Below, piece after piece: positions 17,652-27,000 of a stretch of DNA of 64,000 nt. The position numbers and the translations under genes were made by a program. The notes under the pieces were generated by a model. It did not search any database. It saw only the letters and a list, made by a program, of their open reading frames with translations, and was not told the origin of the DNA. The number at the start of each line of letters is the position of its first letter. Within the stretch, counting starts at the first letter, position 1. The DNA is from Pseudomonadota bacterium (GTDB lineage: Bacteria; Bdellovibrionota_B; Oligoflexia; Silvanigrellales; Silvanigrellaceae). Location: the NCBI GenBank assembly GCA_039799905.1, contig JBDLRP010000001.1, positions 1 through 64,000 of the forward strand. Direction: 5' to 3'.

Positions 17652-18640
17652 CGTCCATTTTGGGTTGGGTCCACCAACTCGACACTCAAATGCAGACCGA
17701 CCCCTACATTGTTAAAGTATGTTGCAAAGTCTTCACGCGTTGAGGGCTTTGCAGGCGCGACTGTCAGCATGGCGACGTAATTGCCTCTCCCCTGACTCCA
17801 AACGTGCAGGTCGCGCACAAGATGTCCGTCTCCTTCAATGCGCTTTCTGATTTCTGGCAGAGAAATATGTTGCGGATGGGCATCCAAAAGTTCCCATGCC
17901 GTCTGGCGGATGAGATTCCATGCCCAACGCAGGATAACCAGCGCTCCGACGATACCCATCAGTGGATCGAGCCACCCAGCAGACGAACTAAATTGCCCAA
18001 TCAACAATGCAACAATGGCAAGCACCGAAGTCAAAGCATCGGCCAAGACGTGCATCAGGGCGCTCTGGTGGTTGTGGTCAACATGGTGTTCAGAATGTTT
18101 AGAGTGCTGACCATGCGAATGATCGTGACCATGAGAATGATCGTGACCATGAGAATGATGTCGCCAACCCAAGAGCCACGCGCTGACCAGATTCACGACC
18201 AGACCAATTGCGGCGACCCACAGAGCTTCCGAAAAACGGACAGGCACCGGAGAGACCAAACGCCCAATGCTCTCGTAGAGCATCCAGATGGCAACCATTG
18301 CGAGCAGCAGGGCGCTCGAATATCCGCCCAAAGAAAGAATTTTACCCGTACCAAAATTCATACGATGTCTGACGCCCTCGGATCGTGACAGCGCATAGGC
18401 AAGGTAGGAAATCGATAAAGCGCCTGCGTGCGATGCCATGTGGTAGCCGTCCGCTTCAAGAGCCATTGAACCGGTCAGCCGACCCGCGATAATTTCTGCA
18501 AACATAGTGACAAGTGTGAGCGCGATGACCGAAAACACCCGCCCCTGGTTCACTGCATTTTCTCCCAGCTGTCCGAGAAAAATCTGTTCCTGCTTGCAAT
18601 AGAGCTGTCTTGAGGAAAGTGCTTCCTTGACCATGTTCAT
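17642..18640 (-). CDS. Cation diffusion facilitator, DmeF-like Co/Ni efflux transporter
   Basis: GSMALEADGYHMASH, FGTGK, His-rich loop, HVLADALTS and DLHVW. Confidence 0.88.
   Translation of the reverse strand: MNMVKEALSSRQLYCKQEQIFLGQLGENAVNQGRVFSVIALTLVTMFAEIIAGRLTGSMALEADGYHMASHAGALSISYLAYALSRSEGVRHRMNFGTGKILSLGGYSSALLLAMVAIWMLYESIGRLVSPVPVRFSEALWVAAIGLVVNLVSAWLLGWRHHSHGHDHSHGHDHSHGQHSKHSEHHVDHNHQSALMHVLADALTSVLAIVALLIGQFSSSAGWLDPLMGIVGALVILRWAWNLIRQTAWELLDAHPQHISLPEIRKRIEGDGHLVRDLHVWSQGRGNYVAMLTVAPAKPSTREDFATYFNNVGVGLHLSVELVDPTQNGRQS
18108..18160. repeat. About three 18-bp tandem repeats encoding HSHGHD in the CDF His loop
   Basis: tgaccatg(c/a)gaatgatcg repeated from 18108, 18126 and 18144. 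Confidence 0.85.
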
Positions 18641-18810
18641 TTGTCCTATGCTGCGCTATGGCCAACTCAATTCAACAACTGGCAGGAATAAAACTTATAG
18701 CCGGCCAAAATACCTAAAATCTCAAAAACACTCAGATAAAACTACCTGAAAAGAGCCAGCTCATGATCTGTAGAAGGTCCACCGACGTGTTCTGTTGGAG
18801 AATATTTACC

Positions 18811-19497
18811 ATGAGCCTCAGAACATTCACAATTCTCGCAGCAACCATCTGCACCTCGTGTGGAAGTGCGGGTTTGATCGTCAGGAATGTTCCGCTTGTC
18901 GAGGTATCCGAAAAGAGCGCATCATACAAATCAGGTCCGCCGACGACACAAGAAGAAAAAAGCACGGCGGAAGAGATTTCCGTCGCTGACATGGAATGCC
19001 CGCCTGTTGACGTAGCCGGTTCAAACCTGGCATCGAACCTCGGTGCTGGCTGCAGCAAAGCGAGCCGTCGTCCGGTGACCGCTGCGGTCGTTGCAGCACG
19101 ACCCAGCAACCCCACGGATCATGACACGCCAGCAAACAGTCCCGCACCCGGTGACACTCTGCCAGCCATACAGGCACCGGCAGCTCCCCCTAAGGGTGGA
19201 GACTCACCTCTCAAGCCACCAGCCAACGGCCCAACCGGCACTTTAAGCCCGAGTAAACCACCAGAGGTAGAACCAGTTCACTGCGAAGCAAAACCTGTTG
19301 ACGAGGCAGCCGAAGCCTCCACGAATGACCAAGAACAGGAGTGCGAAACACCGCCGGCTCCACAACTACCTTCCCTGGTCAAATTGCCGATCAACAAGAC
19401 TGAGCAAGTCGTACTGTCACCAGCGTTACTGACACCCGTGGGGGTAAAGCCATCACGAGGTGTACTGACACCTCCCTCTGCAGACACAAACCAGTAA
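18811..19497 (+). CDS. Pro-rich, largely disordered lipoprotein
   Basis: GGAG SD, lipobox-like CTSC, P/A/T-rich body. Confidence 0.55.
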   Translation: MSLRTFTILAATICTSCGSAGLIVRNVPLVEVSEKSASYKSGPPTTQEEKSTAEEISVADMECPPVDVAGSNLASNLGAGCSKASRRPVTAAVVAARPSNPTDHDTPANSPAPGDTLPAIQAPAAPPKGGDSPLKPPANGPTGTLSPSKPPEVEPVHCEAKPVDEAAEASTNDQEQECETPPAPQLPSLVKLPINKTEQVVLSPALLTPVGVKPSRGVLTPPSADTNQ

Positions 19498-19523
19498 TTC
19501 TGGCATCCTCGAAATAAGATTTC

Positions 19524-21872
19524 GTGGAGAGACTCAAAGTGAAAGAAAATCGCGTTGGGACAATGCACCTCTGGGGCGTCCTGATTCCAGTTGCATTAGC
19601 CGCAATGTTGATCTCTTTAGCCCAATCAACCTGGGGCGACGAGTTGCGTGAGCGAGCCATTGCCCCGCTCGAATTCGGGCTGCGCGACTTCGCCAAAAGA
19701 AATCCTGAGATTTCACCACGCTTGAAAGTGGTGGCCTACGGGGACAAAGCCAAAAAAGAGTTCGGAGTTCAGGAACTCATACCAATCGAACAATGGAAGA
19801 AACTCATCGAGGGAATCGCATCGCGAAATCCGCGCGCAATCATCTTTGACAAACTATTCAGTTATACCTTTGGCTCCGCCGAGAACGTTGCCGAGTTCAA
19901 CGCAGCGTTGCGCTCAATAAAAACTCCCGTCATCGCAGCAGTCGCCTTTGGTCCAATCGCAAATGCAGAAGGTGAATACTACGCCGATCAATTCGCAAAG
20001 TGGGACGTTGCAAAATCTGCGAATCTCGCAAAAGGTGATGTCAAACAACTGCTTGGTCCGGCACCATCGATCCGTCCTTCATTCCAAAAACTGGGCTCAA
20101 TTCTGCTCAACAACACTGCGGCCGTGGAACCAGCTTGGATTGAAACCAGTTCCGGATTGATCCTCCCGCAAATCAGTCTTTCATTTGCAAAGAACGTCTC
20201 GATAGACGACGACACCGTGACTGCCGACTTTGCGACCTTTTATTTGGACCGCTTCAGCCGTATTCCGGTGAACTTCATCCAGCGCCGAGAGGCGTTTGAA
20301 AGATTTTTGCCCGCAGCGCCGTTTTTTCGCACCACAACAGCAGAGATGGCGCTCGCCAAAATCAACAGTGATGATGTGGTTCTCATTCTTCCATCGATGT
20401 ACACAGGCTCAACAGACTTCAAAAACTCACCGATTGGCCGCATCGAAGGCGGGCTCTACCACATGAGTCTCATCAACAGTCTTCTGACAGACAAGCCGCT
20501 GCGGCCTTTTTTACAAACCACTGCTTCGCTCTTGGGTGCTTTTCTGGTCCTCGCTTTTGTTTCGACTCTCTCTGCACTCCGGTTCAAGTTCAAATCCGCA
20601 ATCACCGTAAACGTCACGCTCACCGTGATGATCGTCGCGCTGGGATTCGCCGGCTTTGTCTATTCCTCACTGCATGCGGACTGGCACCTTTTCGCAGCGT
20701 TTGTGCTGCTCAACGGAGGAACGCTGCTGGCAGTCCGGACGGTTCGAAACGAAACACAGGTGCGAAGAGTGGAGGCTGCACTGGAAGGAATGGTCTCGAC
20801 AGAGATCCTTAAAGCCATCAAGCAAAATCCGAATGTCTTGTACCGCCGACCCAACGAACAGAATTTGACCGTCATGTTTGTCGACATCGAAGGATTTTCT
20901 CTGCGGACCAAAGACCTGCTGTCTGTAGACGTCTTCACAATGCTTCATGCACAAATCGACGGAATTTCAGAGATTGTCCATACACACGGAGGAATCGTCG
21001 ATCGTATTCTCGGCGACGGGATGATGTGTTTCTTTGGTTTCAATTTCAATGATGAAGATTCGGAACAAACAAAGAACAATGCAGAACGTGCTCTGCGCTG
21101 TGCAATTGAAATTCAACGATATGCGGCGAGACACACGGCTGCGACCGCACAACCGAATACGAGCGCAGCTTCAATCATGCCGCTGCGTATTGGTCTCTGC
21201 AGCGGAGAGGCCTTTATGGGCAATCTCGGTTCGGGAAAGCGGATCGATTTCACCATCATCGGCAACACTGTCAATATGGCCAAGAGGTTTGAGGATGCCT
21301 GCGAAACCTTCCGCGTCTTCATCAGTCCAACAACTTACCACGACCTTCAAAAGAAAAACCTTCTAGAGAAGTTCACTGACGTCACCCTGCGCCCTCGGCT
21401 CATGGCACTCAAACATCAAACCGAACTTGTCTGTGGATGGGAATGTGACCCGTTCAAGGAACAGCAGGAACTCTTCCTGAGGGCGTTGAAGAACTCCCGT
21501 TTTCAGAGCACGGAACCGACAACTCGCAACGATCAGCGGGCCGATAAAATTGCAAGGGTGCAGATCAACGAGATCGACGAAGGAAAGATTTTAAGTTTCA
21601 ACAAGGAAACATTCACCCTGACCGCCAACGAGTACTATTGCAGGAAAGTATCTCTGTGCATCAAGCTGGTAGGTTGCGATCAGGCCACCGACCAGCTGTT
21701 GAGCGAGGCTGAACTGAAAACAATTTATATGCAGGTCATCTCGGGTTCTCCGCGCAGCGAAGGCGACTACGTGCACACTCTCACCGTTCTGCATCTTCCG
21801 AATGAAAAACTCAGGCTGCTGGAGAAAATAATCAGTTCATCCAGAACCCGAAAAAGCGAATTAGAACTTTGA
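19524..21872 (+). CDS. CHASE2-domain class III adenylate/guanylate cyclase with a possible C-terminal PilZ-like domain
   Basis: PRAIIFD (CHASE2), three TMs, MFVDIEGFS, GGIVDRILGDG and DFTIIGNTVNMAKR. Confidence 0.85.
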   Translation: MERLKVKENRVGTMHLWGVLIPVALAAMLISLAQSTWGDELRERAIAPLEFGLRDFAKRNPEISPRLKVVAYGDKAKKEFGVQELIPIEQWKKLIEGIASRNPRAIIFDKLFSYTFGSAENVAEFNAALRSIKTPVIAAVAFGPIANAEGEYYADQFAKWDVAKSANLAKGDVKQLLGPAPSIRPSFQKLGSILLNNTAAVEPAWIETSSGLILPQISLSFAKNVSIDDDTVTADFATFYLDRFSRIPVNFIQRREAFERFLPAAPFFRTTTAEMALAKINSDDVVLILPSMYTGSTDFKNSPIGRIEGGLYHMSLINSLLTDKPLRPFLQTTASLLGAFLVLAFVSTLSALRFKFKSAITVNVTLTVMIVALGFAGFVYSSLHADWHLFAAFVLLNGGTLLAVRTVRNETQVRRVEAALEGMVSTEILKAIKQNPNVLYRRPNEQNLTVMFVDIEGFSLRTKDLLSVDVFTMLHAQIDGISEIVHTHGGIVDRILGDGMMCFFGFNFNDEDSEQTKNNAERALRCAIEIQRYAARHTAATAQPNTSAASIMPLRIGLCSGEAFMGNLGSGKRIDFTIIGNTVNMAKRFEDACETFRVFISPTTYHDLQKKNLLEKFTDVTLRPRLMALKHQTELVCGWECDPFKEQQELFLRALKNSRFQSTEPTTRNDQRADKIARVQINEIDEGKILSFNKETFTLTANEYYCRKVSLCIKLVGCDQATDQLLSEAELKTIYMQVISGSPRSEGDYVHTLTVLHLPNEKLRLLEKIISSSRTRKSELEL

Positions 21873-22169
21873 ATAAAACCGTGGAGTAATCAAAGAACAC
21901 ACGTCGAATCGACAGTTGATGTCCGCAATGTAATAGCCCTTGTCATTGGGGTTGTATTCTTTGCATCGGAAATTTCCGTTTCCAGTAGCCACTGGTGCAT
22001 AGTCAAAAACTGTAGCAACTGCGGGGCACGCGTTTGCCGGCGCGTAGTAGTTGTAACCGGCAGCGTCGGTTGTTGCAGTCGAACTAAATGGCCTCGCGAT
22101 GACTCCTGCTCCACAGGCCTGAATAAAGCTCGCGAAAAAAATAATCATCATGTTCGACTTAAAAACCAA
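21861..22169 (-). CDS. Small Cys-containing lipoprotein
   Basis: Lipobox IQAC and four further Cys; start uncertain. Confidence 0.55.
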   Translation of the reverse strand: MVFKSNMMIIFFASFIQACGAGVIARPFSSTATTDAAGYNYYAPANACPAVATVFDYAPVATGNGNFRCKEYNPNDKGYYIADINCRFDVCSLITPRFYSKF

Positions 22170-22188
22170 CGCATCACCGCCATAAGGG

Positions 22189-22215
22189 GTATCGGAAGGG
22201 AGTGATGATTTCTAA
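22189..22215 (-). promoter_or_regulatory. Sigma-28-like promoter TTAG-N15-TCCGATAC
   Basis: Read on the minus strand, upstream of the small lipoprotein. Confidence 0.4.
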
Positions 22216-22266
22216 AATATCCGAACAAAAACGAACAATTTTTGAGGGTTTAGTCAGATGTAATTA

Positions 22267-23214
22267 TCAACGTCCCTGCTGCCGCAGATGCGCGGCACGC
22301 AGAGTATTGAGTAGCAGCATAGCGATGGTCATAGGCCCGACTCCACCAGGGACGGGGGTCAACATCTTTGCCTTGTGCGCAACATCCGGCGCGACGTCGC
22401 CGCACAGGCGACCATCCGACAAACGATGCATGCCGACGTCGACAACCACTGCATCCTCTTTAACAAATTCGGCGCTGACCAAGCCCTGTCGTCCAGCCGC
22501 CACAATCAACACATCTGCTTCTTTGCAGACTTCACGGAGATTTTTTGTCTTGGAGTGCGCAACTGTGACTGTGGCGTCCTCATGTAACAAAAGCCCCGAC
22601 ATCGGCCGCCCGACAATTGAACTGCGTCCGACGACCACAGCATTTTTCCCGGATAGCTCGACTCCAAAGAGCCCAAGCAGAACTACGATTCCAGCCGGAG
22701 TGCAAGGCAACAATGCGCGCTGCAGACGTCCCTGATGCAAAAGACCGACGTTATGATTGGCAAATCCATCGACATCCTTATCCGGCCGAATCGCCTCAAT
22801 AATGCGTGTCTGCGAGATGCCTTTCGCAAGCGGCAACTGCACCAGGATTCCATGCACCGCGGGGTCGTCGTTCAACTGACAAATCAGCTCGACCAAACGG
22901 TCTTCGCTCACCATGTCGGAGGGGACTTCAATCAGCGATGATGACATTCCGGCCTCCTTGAAGGCCTTCATTTTATGGTTGACGTAAATGCGGCTTGCGG
23001 GATCTTCGGATGCCAAAACCACAGCCAGATGCGCCCCGCCCCATTGCTTGACCTTCTCGCTGCAAAGGCGTCGTACCCATTGGGCGGCGATTCGGCCGTC
23101 AAGACTAAGGCATCCTGAAAGCGGATGCCCCTCGGCGTTGGTGAGGTGTTGTGGCGTCAGTACGCCCTTGGCAAACTCAAATCCGTCCTGACGCAAAGCC
23201 TGAAAGAGATGCAT
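22267..23214 (-). CDS. folD: Methylenetetrahydrofolate dehydrogenase/cyclohydrolase
   Basis: YVNHK, GILVQLPL, KDVDG, PCTP, GRSSIVGRP and TPVPGGVGPMT. Confidence 0.96.
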   Translation of the reverse strand: MHLFQALRQDGFEFAKGVLTPQHLTNAEGHPLSGCLSLDGRIAAQWVRRLCSEKVKQWGGAHLAVVLASEDPASRIYVNHKMKAFKEAGMSSSLIEVPSDMVSEDRLVELICQLNDDPAVHGILVQLPLAKGISQTRIIEAIRPDKDVDGFANHNVGLLHQGRLQRALLPCTPAGIVVLLGLFGVELSGKNAVVVGRSSIVGRPMSGLLLHEDATVTVAHSKTKNLREVCKEADVLIVAAGRQGLVSAEFVKEDAVVVDVGMHRLSDGRLCGDVAPDVAHKAKMLTPVPGGVGPMTIAMLLLNTLRAAHLRQQGR

Positions 23215-23299
23215 GCCAGTGCCTCCTGACTAAATTTCAACTCAATTTGAAACTCAACCAGACGCCCGCTTACCGCACGCACGCGAGAGAATCAAACCT

Positions 23300-24409
23300 T
23301 CAGGGCCAAAGAGCACATGACGATACCGGACGGCCCGCCTGTGCCCAAGAATAATTGCTGGGTGCCCCGCTCTGCAGATATTCACTCTTCTGGAAGAAAC
23401 GACCCAGTTGCAAATGTAGCTGCGGCAACCACGCTTTGGGCATCGGTAAATCGGTCGTCGAAAAAAATGAATGGCTTGCGCTCTCGTTCATGACACACAC
23501 GGAATTGCGCGTCGGACCGAGAGTCAGATGCGCTTCAACAAGCGATAGTGTAACCTTGGGATGAGCTACAGGATCGTTTGCGACAATCATGGTCTGCACC
23601 GGAACTGACAGGGGCTTCGTATTCGTTTTAACGAAGTGGGCAAAGCGGGCAACAGCAATGAGATTGGTCAGACGTGTTCGGCAGTACCCTGCCCTTCCCA
23701 GCTGGTTGCGTTCAATTCCTTCACAAACCTCTTCGTCCTGCAGGGCAATCGGCAACTCAAATCCGTTACGGATGTTGAGCACATCAGTCACGCGCCCCAA
23801 AAGCCTGCCAATGCGTCCCAAAAGGCGCGCAGACACCTCAAAAAACGGACTGAACAAAACAGAACTTTTGTAAAGGTGTGGCGCAAGTTGAAGAGCACGC
23901 ATTGCGACTGTGCCGCCCAGACACAACCCGCCGATGTGCACCTCGCCGTGCGATACGCTGCCGGCAAGTTTGTTGATCCAACGTGCGAAAGCATCATAAT
24001 TGAACCAATTGCCTGTCCGCGGCAGAAAAGTTTGAGCATCAAGCTCATTGTCGGCCAAACCGCCATGCCCTGGAAGAAGTGGAACAAGCACGTGGTATCC
24101 GAGCTGACTCAGTTCGGCGGCCATTGCGTTGTATTGCTTTGGACACGATGTGAATCCATGTAGAAGTATTATCACACCGCGATAGGCAACACCCGAGGGC
24201 GGCCTAGTCTGAATCGGTTCGCAGCCATCTTGAAGGGTTCGCGTTGCGACCGTGTTGAAAGCATATTCGTCCCAAACTGCCTGCGCGTCTTCCGGCATAC
24301 TCTGTTCTGCAGGCATGTGAGGATGAATATGAAACAGCGTTGAGTCAGCAAACCCTTGCTGAAAAAAAACAAGAAACAAGACGGAAATCAGCAATCGAAA
24401 AATCTTCAT
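23300..24409 (-). CDS. Secreted alpha/beta hydrolase (carboxylesterase-like) with a Cys nucleophile
   Basis: Signal peptide, LLHGFT, LPGHG, GLCLGG elbow, DPV and SH. Confidence 0.75.
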   Translation of the reverse strand: MKIFRLLISVLFLVFFQQGFADSTLFHIHPHMPAEQSMPEDAQAVWDEYAFNTVATRTLQDGCEPIQTRPPSGVAYRGVIILLHGFTSCPKQYNAMAAELSQLGYHVLVPLLPGHGGLADNELDAQTFLPRTGNWFNYDAFARWINKLAGSVSHGEVHIGGLCLGGTVAMRALQLAPHLYKSSVLFSPFFEVSARLLGRIGRLLGRVTDVLNIRNGFELPIALQDEEVCEGIERNQLGRAGYCRTRLTNLIAVARFAHFVKTNTKPLSVPVQTMIVANDPVAHPKVTLSLVEAHLTLGPTRNSVCVMNESASHSFFSTTDLPMPKAWLPQLHLQLGRFFQKSEYLQSGAPSNYSWAQAGRPVSSCALWP

Positions 24410-24633
24410 CTTGCCACTCCACGGCCACGAAACTTTCCGTAACTTTCCATTATTTTGTTAATCTTTTGGCCCAATTCATCCAGCAAGTCAACGTAAATGT
24501 TGAGTATATTTACTCGACAGAGAGATTCACCGAAACACACCGTACTCATTGCCAAATACGCAGATTTACATATTCTCTTCTGCGCTGCGCGTGACCTGCA
24601 GCTCTGTCCACAACTTTCGACGAGAGCAAAAAC

Positions 24634-26157
24634 ATGCACTGCAAGACTATTTCCAGAGTCGCCGTTGTCAGCTCCCTTGTGGCATCCTTGGCAGTGTCGT
24701 GTTCGTCGGAACGCCCAAACGCAGCTCAACGTGTTTCCAATACAACTGCCCACCATACGGAGCATCAACTCAAAACCGAACAGCCTCCGGCAGTGATCAT
24801 TCCTCCCATCAAAGATGCTCCGCTCAGCAAACTGTTGATTGTTTTTCCCGGAGCACAAAAAGACACCCGTGATTACGAGAATCTGGCACACGAAATTCAG
24901 ATGAAGTCGCCCTTCAGAATTTGGGTCGGCATTGTCCGATTTCTTGCAGGTACAGCAAACCCTCCACAGGCTGAACTTGCAACCGAATACATTTTCCGCA
25001 CGCTACGGAAAAACGGATTCGCGGATGCGTCACCCGAATCAACCTCGATCGCGGGACACTCGCTGGGTGGAATTGTCGCTCAGTATTTTGTCAATCAGAA
25101 AAACTTTCAGTCACTCATACTCCTTTCATCCTACCTCGTGCGCTCGGATGGCAATAGTTCCCTGCCACAGGCAGATCTTCCAGTTTTCACACTGAGTGGA
25201 GAACTCGACGGACAAACGCGCATGACAAGAGTCGCGCTGGATGCCAAAAGCCTGCTGGATCCGGCTAATCCTGTGCGTAATCCCGAACAGAAGCCGGTCA
25301 TTCTCTTGCCCAAGATCAACCACTCTCAATTTGCAGGCACCGATCGTCATCGCTCAGATCTGCCCTCTGAAGTGGAATACTCGGAGGCACAGCGGACCAT
25401 CGCCGGTATGATTTCGGATTTCGTTTTGTCCAGCGACTCATCAACATTCGCAGCGGAAGAAAAGAAATCTGCAAAGGGAAATCTCTCGAATGCAATTGCC
25501 GCAACTCGCTCGATGCTAAGTGCCTACTGGGCTGCGCAGCAAAAGGATCGCGAGTGGTGTGTTGATGTTCAACGTTCCAAGGCGCTTTTTTTAAGTGATG
25601 TTTTGACAACGGAGATCAACCAGACAATTTATGAGCGCACATTTGATTTTGCACTGAGCAAGCCTTCTGCAACAATGCTCTCCGAAAACTTTGTGGGCAT
25701 CTCGATTGGATCGATGCTGTACTACCACCCCAATGTCATGGATCGTTCGACAATCCCCGAAGCTGCGCAATCGATTGCCTGCAAAAATAAAAGTCCGGAG
25801 TCGTTGGCTAAGCTCACAGGGATGCCCAACTCCTTCACCCCTTCTTGCAGTGAACACAACAAGGCCGCTTATGCATGGGCTTTGCAAAATGTCTCCGCAG
25901 AAGCACGCGGGCGTTTTCTCAAGCGCGGAAGGCAGCTTCGTTTTGCAGAAGATCGACGGCTTGCATCAGGTGTGCAATGGATTGCTGCTCGCCTCAAATT
26001 TGAAAACGATGCTGAGCAGCGGATTGCGACCGTCACTTCGCCTGCACTCTTGACGGGCTTGAATGCACCCGCCGGTCTCGACGGCATGCACTACTGCAAA
26101 CTATTGGCTCCCAGCCGGGCCATAGAGTGGATTCTGGTTGATGGACTCAGGGATTGA
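24634..26157 (+). CDS. Alpha/beta hydrolase lipoprotein (Abhydrolase_5-like with a long C-terminal extension)
   Basis: Lipobox AVSC; GHSLGG, GELDG and NHSQF. Confidence 0.8.
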   Translation: MHCKTISRVAVVSSLVASLAVSCSSERPNAAQRVSNTTAHHTEHQLKTEQPPAVIIPPIKDAPLSKLLIVFPGAQKDTRDYENLAHEIQMKSPFRIWVGIVRFLAGTANPPQAELATEYIFRTLRKNGFADASPESTSIAGHSLGGIVAQYFVNQKNFQSLILLSSYLVRSDGNSSLPQADLPVFTLSGELDGQTRMTRVALDAKSLLDPANPVRNPEQKPVILLPKINHSQFAGTDRHRSDLPSEVEYSEAQRTIAGMISDFVLSSDSSTFAAEEKKSAKGNLSNAIAATRSMLSAYWAAQQKDREWCVDVQRSKALFLSDVLTTEINQTIYERTFDFALSKPSATMLSENFVGISIGSMLYYHPNVMDRSTIPEAAQSIACKNKSPESLAKLTGMPNSFTPSCSEHNKAAYAWALQNVSAEARGRFLKRGRQLRFAEDRRLASGVQWIAARLKFENDAEQRIATVTSPALLTGLNAPAGLDGMHYCKLLAPSRAIEWILVDGLRD

Positions 26158-26231
26158 GTCGCACGGCCTCTTCGACACGAACGCTGGCATTTTGCTCATT
26201 TGAAGGAAACACAACTCCGCGGAGAAAAAAC

Positions 26232-26957
26232 ATGATCCAGTTTATGACGATCTTTTGTTTTTTTGTTTGTTTTGCATCACAAACCGCAAGGGCAAGCTGC
26301 TCAGAAATTGTGTTTTTGATTCTGCGTAGCTCAGCTGTTAAAGAAGACGTTTATCAGCCTTTTCTTGAACACAAATGTGTGCGCGAAGGCGCGAGTGTTT
26401 TTGGCAACATCGACTACAACCCGCTCACAGCGGATCAACCCCGTGACCTTATAAAAATGCAGGAACTTGTTGATGGACTGGTGCGCGACGGAAATTCAAA
26501 AATAATAATTCTCGCTTACAGCGAGACAGGCAAATTTGCAGCCAAATTAGCAGCCGAAAACGAGAGTATCGCAGCAATGTTCCTGATGGATCCTGTCGAC
26601 GGCACTCCGCCTTTTTCATCGCCTCGACGATTTCCGATTTTTCTGGATGAAAATTTTCCGATTCTCTCGATTCCCACAACAATTCTTGAAAGCGAATTCG
26701 GCCCCAAATTCAAACGTCTCGGTCACTCCTGTGTACCCGATGGAATGGGACCAGTGCGGTTTTACCGGCATGTTGCTCAGTCCGCACTGACAAAAATTTA
26801 CATGGACGGCCTCGGACATGCAGACTTCCTTCGGCGCAGCGGCTTTAATTTGGTCGAGTTGATGTGTGGTGGTGGGAAACTGGACAGGGACACGTCATTT
26901 GCGCGCGTTCTTTCTGAATGGAACGAATTCCTTCTACGTATCAGCCATCCAAACTGA
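26232..26957 (+). CDS. Secreted chlorophyllase/cutinase-like alpha/beta hydrolase
   Basis: AYSETGK elbow, LMDPVDG, C.PDG and GHADFL; GGAG SD. Confidence 0.6.
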   Translation: MIQFMTIFCFFVCFASQTARASCSEIVFLILRSSAVKEDVYQPFLEHKCVREGASVFGNIDYNPLTADQPRDLIKMQELVDGLVRDGNSKIIILAYSETGKFAAKLAAENESIAAMFLMDPVDGTPPFSSPRRFPIFLDENFPILSIPTTILESEFGPKFKRLGHSCVPDGMGPVRFYRHVAQSALTKIYMDGLGHADFLRRSGFNLVELMCGGGKLDRDTSFARVLSEWNEFLLRISHPN

Positions 26958-27000
26958 AATGGCCGGCAAGGGCCAAGAGGCAGCAGAGTCATGATGACAC

